A DNA stretch of 124,000 bases from the NCBI GenBank assembly GCA_951406725.2, contig OX597817.1:117944001-118068000 (forward strand). The letters are read 5' to 3'. The stretch is from Octopus vulgaris. Its lineage: Eukaryota. The first letter of the stretch is position 1. Every line of letters starts with the position of its first letter. The notes under the pieces are model-generated. The model was not told the DNA's origin. It saw only the letters and a program-made list of their open reading frames with translations, and did no database searches. A program made the translations under genes and the position numbers. Below, in pieces: positions 1 through 14,314 of this stretch.

Positions 1-248
1 ACGTTTTTAAACAGCATCTCTTTCATTCGATTCACTAGTTGATGCATTACCTAATACTGATGATCAATTTTGGATTTCATTTCGAAGGGTAATATATTCA
101 TGAAACGATTGTAAGATATCTCAACCTCTTTGAATAATTATACTCTATATCTTTATCTATTAATACAATATTATTTATATTAGGGACGTATATCTTCTGT
201 GATTTTTCAATGAAAGTTTTCCTGCTCATACTTTATTATATATATATA

Positions 249-346
249 GCCAGCGCGGTGGCGTCATTTGAAGACTAAAACAATGCGAAGCGCATTGTGA
301 CCAGCGATGTGTAGCAACATCTGATAGCCTGGTCGGTCACAGTGAT
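249..346 (+). mobile_element. 3' half of a tRNA-derived SINE (same family as 73541-73843)
   Basis: Nearly identical to the 3' part of the full-length copy at 73541-73843 (GGCGTCATTTGAAG...CTGATAGCCTGGTCGGTCAC). Confidence 0.8.
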
Positions 347-500
347 ATATATATGAGATGATGGTGTCATTGAGACCCAACGGTGTCAGGTAATGCTGAA
401 TAAGTGCTATAGACAGACCATTGTTAAGTTCCAGATTCGGTAATATTGCGAATAAGGGGTTCAACTTTGGGTCTATGTCAGCGTGTGCATATAAGAATTA

Positions 501-866
501 TTTGCGTAATAAGATAAAAAAACCAAGGCTGTATAGATATTAGAGCATTTATAGATGGAAAGCCTTACAGTTGTTTCTAGGATATTTATTAATAACATCC
601 CTTCATCAGAGACGGTGTGAGAGGAAAGTTAATTCATAGTTAGTTTAGATGTGACACAAAATAGAGTGAGGTGGAGGAAAGAAAATAGATGCAAGATATG
701 TATGGGTATTTTGCATCACATCTAAACTAATTATGACTTAATTTTCCTCTCACACCCTCTCCGATGAAGGGATATTATAAAAAAATATCCTAGAAATAGC
801 TGTAAGACCGATCTATAAATGCTCTAATATCTATACAGCCTTGGTTTTTTTATCTTATTACGCAAA
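501..866. repeat. Divergent inverted repeat (~155-bp arms) of PLE pseudo-LTR type, with a degenerate hammerhead motif in each arm
   Basis: 501-~660 is the reverse complement of ~709-866, and the outer ~55 bp are essentially perfect. Minus arm: CTGATGA(609-603)-GGAT..ATCC-GAAA-CAACTG-TA. Plus arm: CCGATGA(761-767)-GGAT..ATCC-GAAA-TAGCTG-TA-AGACC. Confidence 0.75.
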
Positions 867-879
867 AGCTTCATATATT

Positions 880-913
<34 letters not shown>

Positions 914-914
914 T

Positions 915-1395
915 GCAAATACCATAAGGGCACAGATAGTGTGCCTAAAGCCACCTGGAGACGATGATCTCCTGGTGCTAAAAGCTACAGTAACACCCAT
1001 CCTTTGTAGTTAGCCATATTGAGATGGCTATTATACTTTACATTGTCGAGCGGTTACTGTGTACATCTCGTTCAGAGATTTAATAATGCTTGCAGACAGT
1101 TTTTCGAAATCAGTGACGGAAGTTACTAGAAAAACACATATATTTGCTTACAGGCTTTCCCTTTCATCGTGATCCGGTGATTACCACCCGTTGACAAGAG
1201 GCAGCAACCTCGAAACCGCGGTCCGGTGCGTATCACTTAGGCTTACAAGAAAGGGATGGCCTCCCTTTGCAAATACCATAAGCGCACAGATAATGTGCCT
1301 AAAGCCAGCTGGAGACGATGATCTCCTGGGGCTAAAAGCTACAGTAACACCAACCCTTTGTGGTTAGCCATATTGAGATGGCTATTATACTTTAC
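915..1395 (+). mobile_element. 1.36-mer tandem of a 354-bp unit carrying a type I hammerhead fold (retrozyme or PLE pLTR-like)
   Basis: 127-bp direct repeats at 915-1041 and 1269-1395 (period 354). The HHR fold lies at 1177-1236, between them. Confidence 0.7.
1177..1236 (+). ncRNA. Type I minimal hammerhead ribozyme motif with two core substitutions
   Basis: Helix I GTGAT..CACCCG/CGGTG..ATCAC; core TTGACAA at 1191-1197 (consensus CTGANGA); helix II GAGG-CAGCAA-CCTC; GAAA 1212-1215; palindrome ACCGCGGT; GUC cleavage triplet ending at 1223. Confidence 0.7.
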
Positions 1396-1507
1396 GTATC
1401 TATCTCTCTGTACATAAACACACATGCACATATATACATTCATAAATATCTGTTTTGCATCTATATATATATGCATTCATACATATATAGATAGATAGAG
1501 AGAGAGA

Positions 1508-1544
<37 letters not shown>

Positions 1545-2286
1545 ACAGACACAGATATGTCTGTCTTTATTTATTTATGCTTGAATGTGTGTATGTTTTC
1601 ATGCTTGTATAACTTGAATTTTAAAATGTAGGTAACATGCTTAAGAAAAATCTACGTATGATGGACGATGATGTTAATTTTAAAATAAAAGCTGTTATTT
1701 ATAGCTAGAAAGAAACTAAATAAAAGAAACCGGAATTAGGAGGTATATATACAGGAGCTTCGGCTGTTGCTGACGATACTGATTCCATTAAAAGAGCGAT
1801 TTTGTATAAGCTGAAATTTATATGCAGGTAACAATGAGAAATATCTCAAACGCCTTATTGTCAGTTTTCATACAAATTATAAAATTTATGATTCTAATAT
1901 TCTCGATATCAGGCGTGGTTTATTTCTTGTTTGAAACTGCAGATTACACATTTATGGTTAATATTTCACATATATTTCTTGCTTAAAACTTTAAATTCCC
2001 AAGGGAGATATATGTTCTAAAAAAATGAAGAACAAATAAATATATATATATATATAAATAACTATGACTTATTTCGCATCGGTTAACTGTCAGCATTATA
2101 TCTAACATTATGTTTAATATGATTTTTCTCGTTCTTTTTTCTTTCTTTTTAGTGTAATACAGTAAACAATAGAAAATAGTCAATACTACAATCTGTATTA
2201 ACAATTTGCTGTAAATAATTATAAGTTTACGCAGGAAAATATGTAAGGCAATAAAATTGTGTGTATGTGCGTATATACAGAATACC

Positions 2287-2317
<31 letters not shown>

Positions 2318-2411
2318 GTATAGATATATATACAATATATATATATATAAATACTTAAATATATGCTTATAAATATGCATATATATACACATAATCATAT
2401 ATATATATATG

Positions 2412-2449
<38 letters not shown>

Positions 2450-3298
2450 CATCTAATATAGGATAACATTTTTCGAAAAAAAATTTATCTATGGCTAACA
2501 TATTAAAATATACCTTTAAAGGTTAAATTATATATATATATACATATACGGGAAATCGTGTTTATGTGCGGGTATGTGTGGAAGCTCGTGACTTAGTAAA
2601 TTTGTGATTTCCATTCTTGGAGCGGTATGTTCGGAGCATTTCGTTTCACGTTGCTCCGCTCACTTCGTTGGCAAAATCGATTGTTCCTGTGACGGACCGC
2701 TGTTCCCTCCAGGGATGGGGGGTATTTACGTCACGGAATCCAAGAAACCAGTCTTATGAAGAAGTAGTTGATCACACTGCCGGTCTCAATATATATATAC
2801 ATTCTAATTTTTTGCCTGCTTTGAAATAAACCCCTTACTGTAACTACACAGTATACTTTCAGGTGGCAAGAATTGGTTTGTAGGTGTATTTTTTAAAATC
2901 TAATTTTTCCCAAATATTCCTACAACAGAACGTCACAATCTGTTTTCTATCTATCTATTGCCTTACATATTTTTCATATTCCGATTTTGTTTTTGTATAT
3001 GCCATATCTAGCGTATTCGTCATAGCATGATTTCTGCTCAAATTATTTTTGCCTTCACTGTGTTCTTATAAAAATGATTTACTTACTTATATATTTGCAA
3101 AGATCTTTATGTGTTAGCATTATATTATAATTGTTAATTTAGTGTTTAAGATTAACAATACAGTCTTTTCCTACGGGGAACCTAAGTACTGACATTAATT
3201 TATCACAAAATTCTTTTTCACTGGGAGTGGAAGAGGGTTTATTGTTTATATTCCTCATGTGTCTGATTGTATCCAAGTGTTATACTTCATTTATATCA

Positions 3299-3513
3299 AC
3301 GAGGATTGCTGAAAAGTTCCTGGCTTTAAGGGCGTCGCGAAAGGAGTGGTTGGAGTCACAACATTCCAAGTTCTTTTACAGTACTTAATATAACTGAAGG
3401 ACTGCTTCAATGAGTGTCTGAATCTTAGAGGGCAAAATATTAAATGAAATCATAATTAACTGACCCACCCGTAATTTTTTATACCCAATGCAAGGAACTT
3501 TTCAACACTCTTT
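3299..3513. mobile_element. Short mariner-derived MITE-like remnant
   Basis: CGAGGATTGCTGAAAAGTTCCTGG at the left end and GGAACTTTTCAACACTC at the right end form imperfect terminal inverted repeats. Confidence 0.45.
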
Positions 3514-4496
3514 CTTATATACACTCCTGCCGTAATATTTACACCCAAATTAGTTTTGTAAGTGTAACTACACCAATCGTTAAATGTTTTCTTCTACGTT
3601 ATACTTAATCTGCTTCTTGTTAAATTTCCTCAGCTCGTACACTTCTTGTCGCCAATGTTCTTCTAATGTTTAACTATGGTAAAAAAAAAAAAATATTCAT
3701 TTACAGACGCATTTTATTCAATGTATGAATTTTCCTCACGCCCTACCAATATTTCGAATCTCCTAAAAAGAGATTAGTATGGCATCATCATTTTAGATGT
3801 GCCATGAACATTTCTTATATTGTTATCCAATCTGTATTCAAGAATATTTAGCCTACAACTTGTCTTTAGTATCTCGTGATTGCATTTAATACCCCGTCAG
3901 AGATTACAATGCAATTAATCAACATTCTTCTCAAGCACAGCTCCATATGTATCACAAGCCCCAAACATGAATGTTTAGCGAACTCTTGAATTTCTTTCCT
4001 ACGAAGATTATATTAACAACTATCTTTTTTTTTTATCCTGTACTCAACGCTATTGTCATCTTTTCCGAAAGAGATTGTAATGTACCGCATAAACAAGATG
4101 TAAATAATTACTTTAATCATGAATTTACCCAATAATTACGCCTGCATAATTAGAATCGTAAACTAATATACTTCTAATTATTCCAAATTTAACTGCATTT
4201 AACGTCATCTCTTGAACTCTGTTATTTTTCACCTGTTAGTTAACATTGATTAACCTGTATGATTACCAAACATTGGTTTTATTTCATTAGGAGCATCTGA
4301 AATGTGTTTTTAATGATTTCAAATAGTGCTAATACTATCACTAATCACAATGCTACTCTAATTATAAATGCATTTAAATAAAAATATCTTCGAAATTCAT
4401 AAATTAGTCCTTAAGTTATGAACTGTATATGACCGCGTATGTACCGTTGGCGATTTTTTTCCTCCGTCTTCCCTTCTCTGGATCTTTCCTTTCCTA

Positions 4497-4532
4497 TGTT
4501 TCTGACGAAGAGCTCCGCTCGGAACGTTAAGC
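4497..4532 (+). ncRNA. Minimal hammerhead motif in a PLE-type tail repeat
   Basis: GTTT-CTGACGA(4502-4508)-A-GAGC-TCC-GCTC-GGAA(one change from GAAA)-CG-TT-AAGC; ACGT palindrome; GUU triplet. Confidence 0.55.
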
Positions 4533-4635
4533 CCACTTTCTTCCCTTCCTTCCTTCCTGAGCGTCCAATAATACTATATTTGTTCTACGTCCCCGTGTTG
4601 TTGTGTTTTCTTTTTGTGTTTTCATGTTTGGATTA

Positions 4636-4677
<42 letters not shown>

Positions 4678-4942
4678 CATATAAGGAAAGAGTGATGGGA
4701 GAGGGAGAGGTTTGTGTGTGTGCGTGTGCATATGTGTGTATGTGTGTGTATTTATGCGTGTATGTGTGAGGAGGTTGTCTTTTTTAGCAACATTTCAATG
4801 CTAGGTATTTTAGTAGAACATTAAGTCGGTTACGTTTATTCGACTGTAAAAGCATGAAGCGTAAAACTTCTCGGTAGGACTTCAGCTCATGATGCCGAAG
4901 AACGTAGTAAATGTTCCAAAATATGTTGTCAGACATTTTAAC

Positions 4943-6052
4943 AGTTAGTTAGTTAGTTAATTTGGCTCAAAAGCAAATAGCCAGGCCATGTAGGGGGACA
5001 TGGAGCTAAGTACAGGGTGGTGTTCATGCAAAGAGTTCAGGCCACTTGAGGTCCAGGGAGGCTTTGAACAAAACGGTCGTCGGCATCTTCACCATCTCGT
5101 CTGGCAGCTTGTTCCACGGATCCGCAACCCGGACGGAGAAAGCTCCTCTCCTTCGATTGAGATGAAATCGTCGCAGGTAGAGCTTTTCGGAATGACCCCG
5201 CAGCCGACGCTCCGGAGCAGGAGTGAAGAACAGCTCTTTCGAGAGGTTACACTTTCCGCTTATGATGTTGTGGGCGAGAATGAGATCACCACGGCGGCGG
5301 CGTTTTTCAAGAGAACAAAGGTCGAGCGTCCTCAGCCTTTCTTCGTAGGACAAATTTCTGAGACCATGAACCATGCGGGTAGCCAGCCTCTGGACTCTTT
5401 CGTGGGGCTGTATGTATTTGAGGAGATAAGGAGAAGAGGATTGACGCCAATACTCCTATTTGGGTCTCACCAGCGTGACATAGAGTGGCAGGAATATGGC
5501 TGCTGTGAGCATTCCGAATGACCGTCGAATCAAAAACAGAATTCCGCGCGGTTTGTTGGCAGCATGGACGCACTAGGCCGAAGGCGAAAAGGAGGAATCC
5601 ACCAAGATACCCAGGTCCTTTACCTGATCGGTCCTCTCCAGCAGCAGACGACCCGGCTCGAAATCAAGTTGAGTTGCAGGAGTAGAGCCGACAGGCAGAT
5701 GACAGCACTTTGACACGTTCAGACACAGGTCCCAATCGTTAGACCACTTCCAAATTTGGTGGAGGCATCGACGAAGATCCTCTATACTACCGCGAGGAGC
5801 GACCAGTTTGATATCGTCGGCAAATAGAAGGGTGTGTTGCGTGAGGTCGTCGGGCAAGTCATTTATGAAGACTAAGAACAACAAGGGCCCAAGCACTGAA
5901 CTTTGAGGCACGCCACTGCTCGCACTGGAGACGTCGGACCGCGAACCATTAACTTGAACTTCTGGATTCTTCTTGCAATTTTTGCTGTCAGTGTCCATGT
6001 TCTTGGCAGGATTATGACCAATGCAGTGGAAGACCACACGACCTACTCGGAA
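4943..6052 (-). mobile_element. 5'-truncated CR1/L2-group LINE (RT C-terminal half plus 3' UTR, frameshifted)
   Basis: ORF fragments 5573-6079 and 5024-5374 contain SGVPQSSVLGPLLF, FADDIK and LCSLEKRRRRGDLI..RRGAFSVRVADPWNKLP; (TAAC)n 3' tail. Confidence 0.9.
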
Positions 6053-6397
6053 AGACCAATCCCAAAGTAGATAAAACAAAGTAATAGTGCGTAAATATTA
6101 CTTAAAACCCTCCCTGAGACAGGGAAAGCTAAAGAGGATCCTTGTGACTCGAACCCACCGTATAGAAGTTCTACTATTTGATCGAAACTCTCACTCGAAT
6201 TTCGCTATATATTTTAGAGAGATTTTTTCTCCTGTTCTGTTATGACATGAACAACTCTCGGTGCTAAGAATTGTAACCAAAATGAATAAATACTCATCTA
6301 CGTATAAGTATATATGCATGTATGTATATATGTTTGTATGTATGCATATGTGTGTACATATATAAAACATATATGTGAGCAAATATTCGTGTGTAAA

Positions 6398-6455
<58 letters not shown>

Positions 6456-6518
6456 TATACATTCGTGTAAATATATATATATATATAAAACTTATATATG
6501 CGAGCGTTTGTCGACTCA

Positions 6519-6578
<60 letters not shown>

Positions 6579-6599
6579 CGTGTGAACAGACCAGAGAAA

Positions 6600-6890
6600 G
6601 AAGGGCACTCAACACATTATTAGGTATACCAGAAAGTCAATTCTGGCCCATGATGATTCCTTTTGGGTGAAAACAGAAAGCAATCCATCGTTCGACGTCT
6701 CTATGTTTAGCTTTGACGGGGCTGAAATCGCCAGCCTCGACGGGTTATACATCTTTGATTACTTCAAGAGACGTACCCACCCATAAAGGTCGGCTCTTTA
6801 TAGAGACGACGTCCTGGATATCTCAAGCCATATGAACGGCCACACCAAGGATAGGTTCAGGAAGGGGATTATACAAATATTTAAGGAACG
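6600..6890 (+). mobile_element. Penelope-like element reverse transcriptase fragment (pseudogene)
   Basis: Manual translation gives [46 protein letters not shown]...LYRDDVL...KDRFRKGIIQIFKE. The FDV.MG.FDGAE and YRDD motifs are typical of Naiad/Chlamys-type PLE RTs. Confidence 0.75.
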
Positions 6891-7029
6891 CTCGGTATAC
6901 GTGGTGGCAGGGAAAGGAGAAAGACCGGCATCTAAGTTGTTTGGTGAAATATAAAAGCTTTAGTCCACTTTGAAATTTTATTCCAAACCAGACGATAGCA
7001 AAGGAGATCTACTGCGAATATCTTAAGCA

Positions 7030-7535
7030 GCTTCAGTCTTGGTTTCATGACGAAAGATGTTCTACCGTCAGGATAATGATCGGGCACATACAACGAGGAT
7101 GACATTCCAAAGGCTGGAGTGGTTTCAATGGGAAACGATGCTCCACTCACCATATTCACCAGACATTGTCCCATCTGATTATTATTTATACAACAGTCTT
7201 CATAATTATTTGGACGGAAAAAATGTGAATTCTGTAGAAGCGGTGAGAACAGCACTGGAGTATTTTTCGTCACGAACAAGTGAATTTTGGAAGACGAGCA
7301 TTATAAACCACCACATCGATGGAAGAGCATTGTAGAAAATGGAGGGTGTATTTCAAATTAAAATAAATCTTTGTTTATCATAACTATTAAAAATAGAAGG
7401 TGCATTATCTATGGGATAACCACATCGATGGAAGAGCATTGTAGAAAATGGAGGGTATATTTCAAATTAAAATAAATCTTTGTTTATCATAACTATTAAA
7501 AATAGAAGGTGCATTATCTATGGGATAACACAGTA
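7030..7535 (+). mobile_element. Mariner transposase C-terminal fragment with right end; last ~108 bp tandemly duplicated
   Basis: QDNDRAHT...HSPYSPDIVPSDYYLY (mariner YSPDLAPSD motif); CCACATCGATGG...GGGATAAC occurs twice (~7311-7420 and ~7419-7528). Confidence 0.8.
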
Positions 7536-10139
7536 TTACTCACTCCAATTTCATTCTTATATTTCTATGCTTATGATTGTGATCCACTTTGCCTTATTTT
7601 GTATATTTCAGACCAAACTAAATTATCGAACATATTTTTGAAATTTTCTTTTCTTGACATCCTGCACGTCTCATATATTTTCCGTCGTTCCACCATTTTC
7701 AATACATTAATGTTACTTAACAGTATTTGTTTTCTTATAGCATTGAGTCATGAGCAGGCTTCATCATATTGCTGAAACTTGTTCATGACTCGATATGATT
7801 GATGGAAATATCGTGTAACATGCAGACACTTCGATTTTCTTAGAAAATATTATTTAAAAAAGATATATGAAAGATTTTTTCCCATTGATGTGGAATAACG
7901 TCTTTTCCTTTACTTTTAATGTTCCAAAAGCTTTTATCACTTTTCGATATGCTTGTCAATTTTGCTTTAGAATTGTGCCTACGGATTATATAATTATTTT
8001 CACCTATATCATAAACATATCGTGTGACCGATTATAAAATCGAATCGAGTATATAACTTCTTTTCCTTCGGGGATCACGTTAGATAATAATTTTCATTGT
8101 TTACATTTATAACATAGCCGCATGGTTTGTGAGAAAGGTTTAGTTGAGAGAATCAATTCTATTATATTACTATTACGCCCAATATCGAAATCTGAGAAAT
8201 CAATGATAAGGTCGATTCAGTGGAATATGAAATCACAAAACAGAGTGATGTAATTTTATACCATATTGATCTGTGTACTGCCTTTTGCCCATGCCAATCT
8301 TTGTAAATATGAATATTGAGGATGATAATAATTATTACTCATAAAGAAGATGCAGCACTGTAATAATCATGCAGACATTTCAAGGTGGACAATTCTAAGT
8401 AAAAGTAATTCAGATTCTTTGCAAAAAGTATTTTATAGCTCTGAAGATACTCATGTTTCTAGCTAAGCAATCACTCGTGGTTTTGCAGACTTTTATAACA
8501 GTTTCAAAACAGGGTGCCTGATAATGTAATTTTGAAGTCAGTTTTCATAAGTTTAAGCAAAATAGTCTTTGTTTAGTTTTGGTAAGTCTGATCCTTTTCT
8601 ACAGTAACTATTCAGAAAGGCTCGGAACATTCAAATGTAAATAAACATGAATCATCGTTTCAAGATGTCTGATGAATTGGTTTTTACTTTTACACATTAT
8701 GCAACCTAAATAATTACCATTCTTAGAATTGGCAGTGATTTTCATATCGGATAGATAAAGTTTGAAAAGAGTAGAAATGAAATATATGTTTGAACGTTGA
8801 CATCTACATTCATTATAGTTGTGAAATTATGTGTGTTCAGTAATAATTGAACAAAAGAGATCCAGATGGTAATTATAATTATCAAGAAACATTAACCGGA
8901 ATATGACAGACAATATTAAAATTCATGACTGCTTGAAAGGAAATTCTTACGTTGAGGGAAATGACCCCATTATGCTATTGTTGTGTTTGCATTGTACCTT
9001 TTCGTCTTAAACGCAGCATTAATGCATTTGCACTGAGTATAAAGGGACACACCAGTTTAACACATCCGCAACGAATGTAAACCGTTTGCATCATATGGTT
9101 TTAGAAAGACGAGCTAATGAGCAATGCCTTCTTACTTGCATTATAATATAATAATATACATTCAATACTAAGCTGTATGTATTATGTGTAACTACCGATA
9201 ATTTATTACAACTACTTCCACAAGACGAACAAGTTTCTCGTAGATACTGCGTATGTCTAGTGTTTTTAATCATTGTTGGCATGCGTCTCTACATATTGTA
9301 GTAATGGTTGGGGAAGAGACAATAATAGGCTTGCAACGTGTATGTAGGACTATGTTAGCTAATTATACAAAATGCTCATACGGAATAAACCGTCTGACAA
9401 ATTTTTATGTAACAAAGCTGCTAAATAATTGTGTTATTATATCTAGAAGCATAAAGGAAATAGTATTAAAATGCATTCAAATAGTAACAAAAATATTCAT
9501 TCGAAATATATATATATATAAGTATGTATATACATTTAAGAATATATATGTGTAATAGGAAAATTGAATTGCTAAGATTGGATTATTAAATATGTTAAAA
9601 TTTTAATAAAACCATTAGTTATTCAAGGAAACATTCTTTATGAAATCATGAAAATACAATATACTTTGTATATTGAAAATTCTCCGAGGCGTTTTATTTA
9701 ATTTCCTAAATTTAAATAGGCTGGGTCGATTTCAGATTCCTCCATTTATTGCAGAATTTCGTTTTTCTTTGTATTTAAGACACTATTATAGCCAGTAATG
9801 TTAATCCCACATTTGTGAGCAAAGCGTAAGACATGGCGGGAAGGAAAATAAAATAAAAATGTTATTTAATCAAATGATTCGATCAAACAGTTCAATAAAA
9901 CGTTGGCTATTTCCTCCAGTAAATGCTTAGTTTTTGCATTAATGCAATATATTTCCCGGTTGCGTCTAAATACACACACTCACACACACATATATATATA
10001 CATACACATATATTTACATATATATATATATATATATACATATATACACATATATATTCCTATATACACATAAATATATACACATATATATATATATTCA
10101 TACATATAAACATACATACATATATACATGCACGCAGAC

Positions 10140-10189
<50 letters not shown>

Positions 10190-11454
10190 GAAATGTAGAA
10201 TTCACCGAAATTTAGAATTCACTTAATTGCTGCTATATTACTACTAACCAGTACATAACGGCTTATATCAATTAGTATATATGTGTGTGAGTGTATGTGT
10301 GTACATATACATATCCGTGTGTGTATATATATATATCTATATATATGTTCGCGCGTGCTTCCACACATTGAGAAGAAAAGTAATATAAATGTTACAGATA
10401 TTTTCCAGAAGATTGACAAAGATGAATCAATAGTTTTGCACAAGATACGATTGCGAATTACAATAGGAAATAGAAAAGTAATATAGCTTGCTGAATGATA
10501 GATTAATTTATTGATTACCAGACTCACATGCCTAAGGGTTCGTTCAACTGTAAAATTTCATATATGATATTGTTTTATAATTTTGTTTATATGAAACTGA
10601 AAAAATACATGATGTACAACGCAGTCATTGTGTTCCTGCTAAGCTTTTCAAATTTAATATCAAAGTTTAAGAAGAGATCAGGACAAGATTTAATAGGAAA
10701 ATTAGATGAAACTACAAATGGAAGAAGCAAAAAAAAATATTTGCTTTATATACAAGTTTAACACGACTTCCAATGTTAAAAAGGAATAAGAATTTTTTCA
10801 GCGCTATCTTCTAATGCCTCTATGTTCACATAAAGCATGTGAAAATATCGATTTATTTGGTTAAAAATATTAATTTCGTTTGAAAGCACGTTAAAATATT
10901 GGGATGTTTGCGTGGATTTAAAGGACATGTACACACATATGTACAATTACACGTGTGTGTTTGTGCACGTACGGACATATGCATAAAGATAAATACAAAC
11001 ATGCATATATGTTCATATGTATGTACATGTGTACGAGTATGTGCATGTGTGTGTGTGCGTGTGTGTGGGTGTGTATGTACATGTGTGTGTGTGTAGATTT
11101 ATGTTCTGACTAATCCTAAACATCTAAAAATTTTTTATTGAATCTGAAAAATCGAAAAAGTTCGTCAATGGATGCATCTTCAATATCCCATAAATTTTAA
11201 GACATCTCCATAAAATACATCACGTTTTACACGTTTTGCTAAATCAAAAATGACATACATTGTTTTTCTTTCCTTTCGAAGAGATATGAATTGTGTATGA
11301 TTGTATAACATATTGTTCTAATGAGTACACTTTGTATTTCTGTTTAGCAAGTTTATCAAAAAATACGTAACTACAAGAATTTATGCTTTGGCACATCATT
11401 ATATTACATGTGTATAGTCGTTGATGTTTCTTTAATATTAGCTTCAAATTTTGG

Positions 11455-11825
11455 CACAAGGCCAGTCATTTAAGGGGAGGGGCTAAGTCGATTAAATCGA
11501 CTCTAATGTTCGATTGGTACTTATTTTTTCCACCCCGAAAATATAAAAGGTAAAGTAGATCTCGGTTTCATTTGAACTCAGAGCCTAAAGACGGACGAGA
11601 GGCAGCTAAGTATTTTGACCGGCGTGCTAACGGTCCTGCAAATCAGCACGCCTTTCACTTGACGTTTCTTAACATTGACTAAATTTGACACAATGCCAGC
11701 AATTTCGAGGGAGGTGATAAGTCGATTAAATCGACCCCAGTACATATTTTATTGACCTCGAAAGGATGAAAGGCAAAGTCAACCTTGGCGTACGAGATAC
11801 TACTGAGCATTTTGCAGTGCTCCGT
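11455..11825 (-). mobile_element. Two degraded copies of tRNA-derived SINE family B
   Basis: Reverse complement matches the GCAGAATCGTTAGCACGCCGG...GTCGACTTTGCCTTTCATCCTTTCGGGGTCGAT family seen at 24858, 77697 and 108455. Confidence 0.7.
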
Positions 11826-12600
11826 TTGGACATTTTTAAATATTAACCATGATCTAAAGTCGGCAAGCAGGCAGAATAGTTAACAAGATGGCCAAAGTAC
11901 TTATTGGCATTTCGTTTGTATTTTTCATTCTGAGTCCAAATTCTACAGAGGTCGACTTAGCATTTCATCCCTTGAAGTCGATAAAATAATTACCAATTCA
12001 ACAGTGGAGCCGATCTAATTAACTTAAAACTTCCCCCGAAATTGGTGGCCTTTGAAACTATTATTAACGATAATATTGCTGCCAAATATTGAAAGTGACT
12101 AAATCTTCGATTTTGGATGGGCATTACATATCAGATTAATAGTAGAAATTTCTGTATTTGACACAAATATTTTGCATATAAAGGTCACGGAAAACTGACT
12201 GATATATTTACCTATCCATGAGAAAGTTACAGCACAAAACACTCGATTGCACAGTACTAATAATATTTCAAATATTTTCCAGATTTGCATCTTATAAAAT
12301 GATAGAATGAGAAGCTTAGTATAATTCTTGGCGCAAGTTGCTATATACATCTTATTGTTATGTATTTTATAATTTGTGTGTTTAAAAATTACTGTAATCC
12401 ATGCAGACGTCTACATGCCCATGTAAAATTGTCATAAATACTAGCACACATGATATAGAATTAAAATAATTCATTGGAAAATATTTTTTCCGTCTAAGGT
12501 AGAATCGATCAAGATTTATTTTTTCGTATATATTTTTTTCTCTCCATGTTTGAAATCGCTTTGAGAAAAATGGAAAAACGCATATACATGTGTCTGTGTG

Positions 12601-12656
<56 letters not shown>

Positions 12657-12700
12657 CATATATAGATAGATAGGTAGGAAGAAAGATAGCTAGATAGATG

Positions 12701-12738
<38 letters not shown>

Positions 12739-14245
12739 CATATATGTATATCTTTATATAAACTGTGTCTACTTATATATTATGCCTGTACATTTTTCTA
12801 CAAGTATGTAATTATTGTTTCTATTTGAGATTTCAGAAATAAGTCTCCAGTACTTAATGCGCTTACTAAACACAAAGTGGTTTAAGCATAAAAACCAATT
12901 GGAAGGCATAGGACATTTTGGAATTGAAAGTCCACATAATTTCACAGTCTTTTTAATTATATAATGGTGACAGCCAATCGAACTTTTACGTATAGTTCAG
13001 ACAGGAAGGATTATAGAAAGCCAGACTATATTTGAATATTGTCTTGTCATTTTGACCTGCGAATGTAAAAGCTCGGAAGTAAAAGAATTCGTTAGCGAAA
13101 TCTTGAACAGCAAAACAAATCTAGAATCAAATCTGGAATGTCGTCAATTATTGTTAATACTTACGTCAGAGTATAACAACCTGAATAAGAGGCAGCTGTA
13201 AGATGTAAACATTTTACAAGAAAAGTGAAACTGAATTCACCTTGTCAGGCTTCAAGAAGTTGCAAGAATACCAGGAGCCGTTATCTTTCAATCAATGATG
13301 ATTGAAGATTGATCACTAATTCACGAACCGGAGAAAAGATCGGAAGAAGCTCTATCGTGTATATCAAATAAGGGTGTAGACAGAAGTACATGAGTACAAT
13401 GAATAAATCTTATGCGAATTATAAAACAAAAGACATATATTATGCATGTTTGAAATAGCTACAGTTGCGCACAGATCGGTGTACTACCTGAAAGAATAAT
13501 GGAAATAAAAGAAATAAATGGGCTGCAATCAGGAGCTAAACATACAAAGCATCCACTAGAACGATTACTGAAGTCTGGTGCTGTTGGAGAGAACGACACA
13601 ATGAGAAGGTCTGAATTTAATGTGACACATTATGACATGTAATAAATTGAAGGTAAAATATATGGTAAGAGCCACTGATGAGAATTCAGATGCTTTGAAT
13701 CAAAATTCGAAATTACCGGTGATCTGGCTTAGTTAGCTAGTTAAAATTATCTCCCTTGTCAGTTATAAAGACAGTGCATTTGTGGCTATTGCGTTGTTCT
13801 TACTGTCATTTCTACAAATGCTGGTACTACTTAGTATATTCTGACACTTTTGTGATATTCATAAATTTGCAATTAGGCTGTTAAATTGCTAATAAACCAC
13901 CCATATTATTTATAGTTTCCACTTTTACTTTTATCGTTTTTTAAAAAATCAGCGTGAATTCAACGGTTTCCTTATAAACTGACGAGGTTAGTTGAGGTTA
14001 ACCCTATGCGCGGTAGGAAACACTGACGAGAATTAAGATCCTCGGTGTCAAAATTCGATATCACCAGTGATTTGGCTACGCCCGCTTATTACCCTATAAC
14101 TTATTACCCTATACCACATTAGGGACGTCTATAAATTTGCCATTGGGTTGTTAAATTGCTAATAAGCCACCCATATTATTGATGTACATGCATACATACC
14201 CGTACACATACATACCCATACACATATATATACATACGTATATAC

Positions 14246-14314
<69 letters not shown>

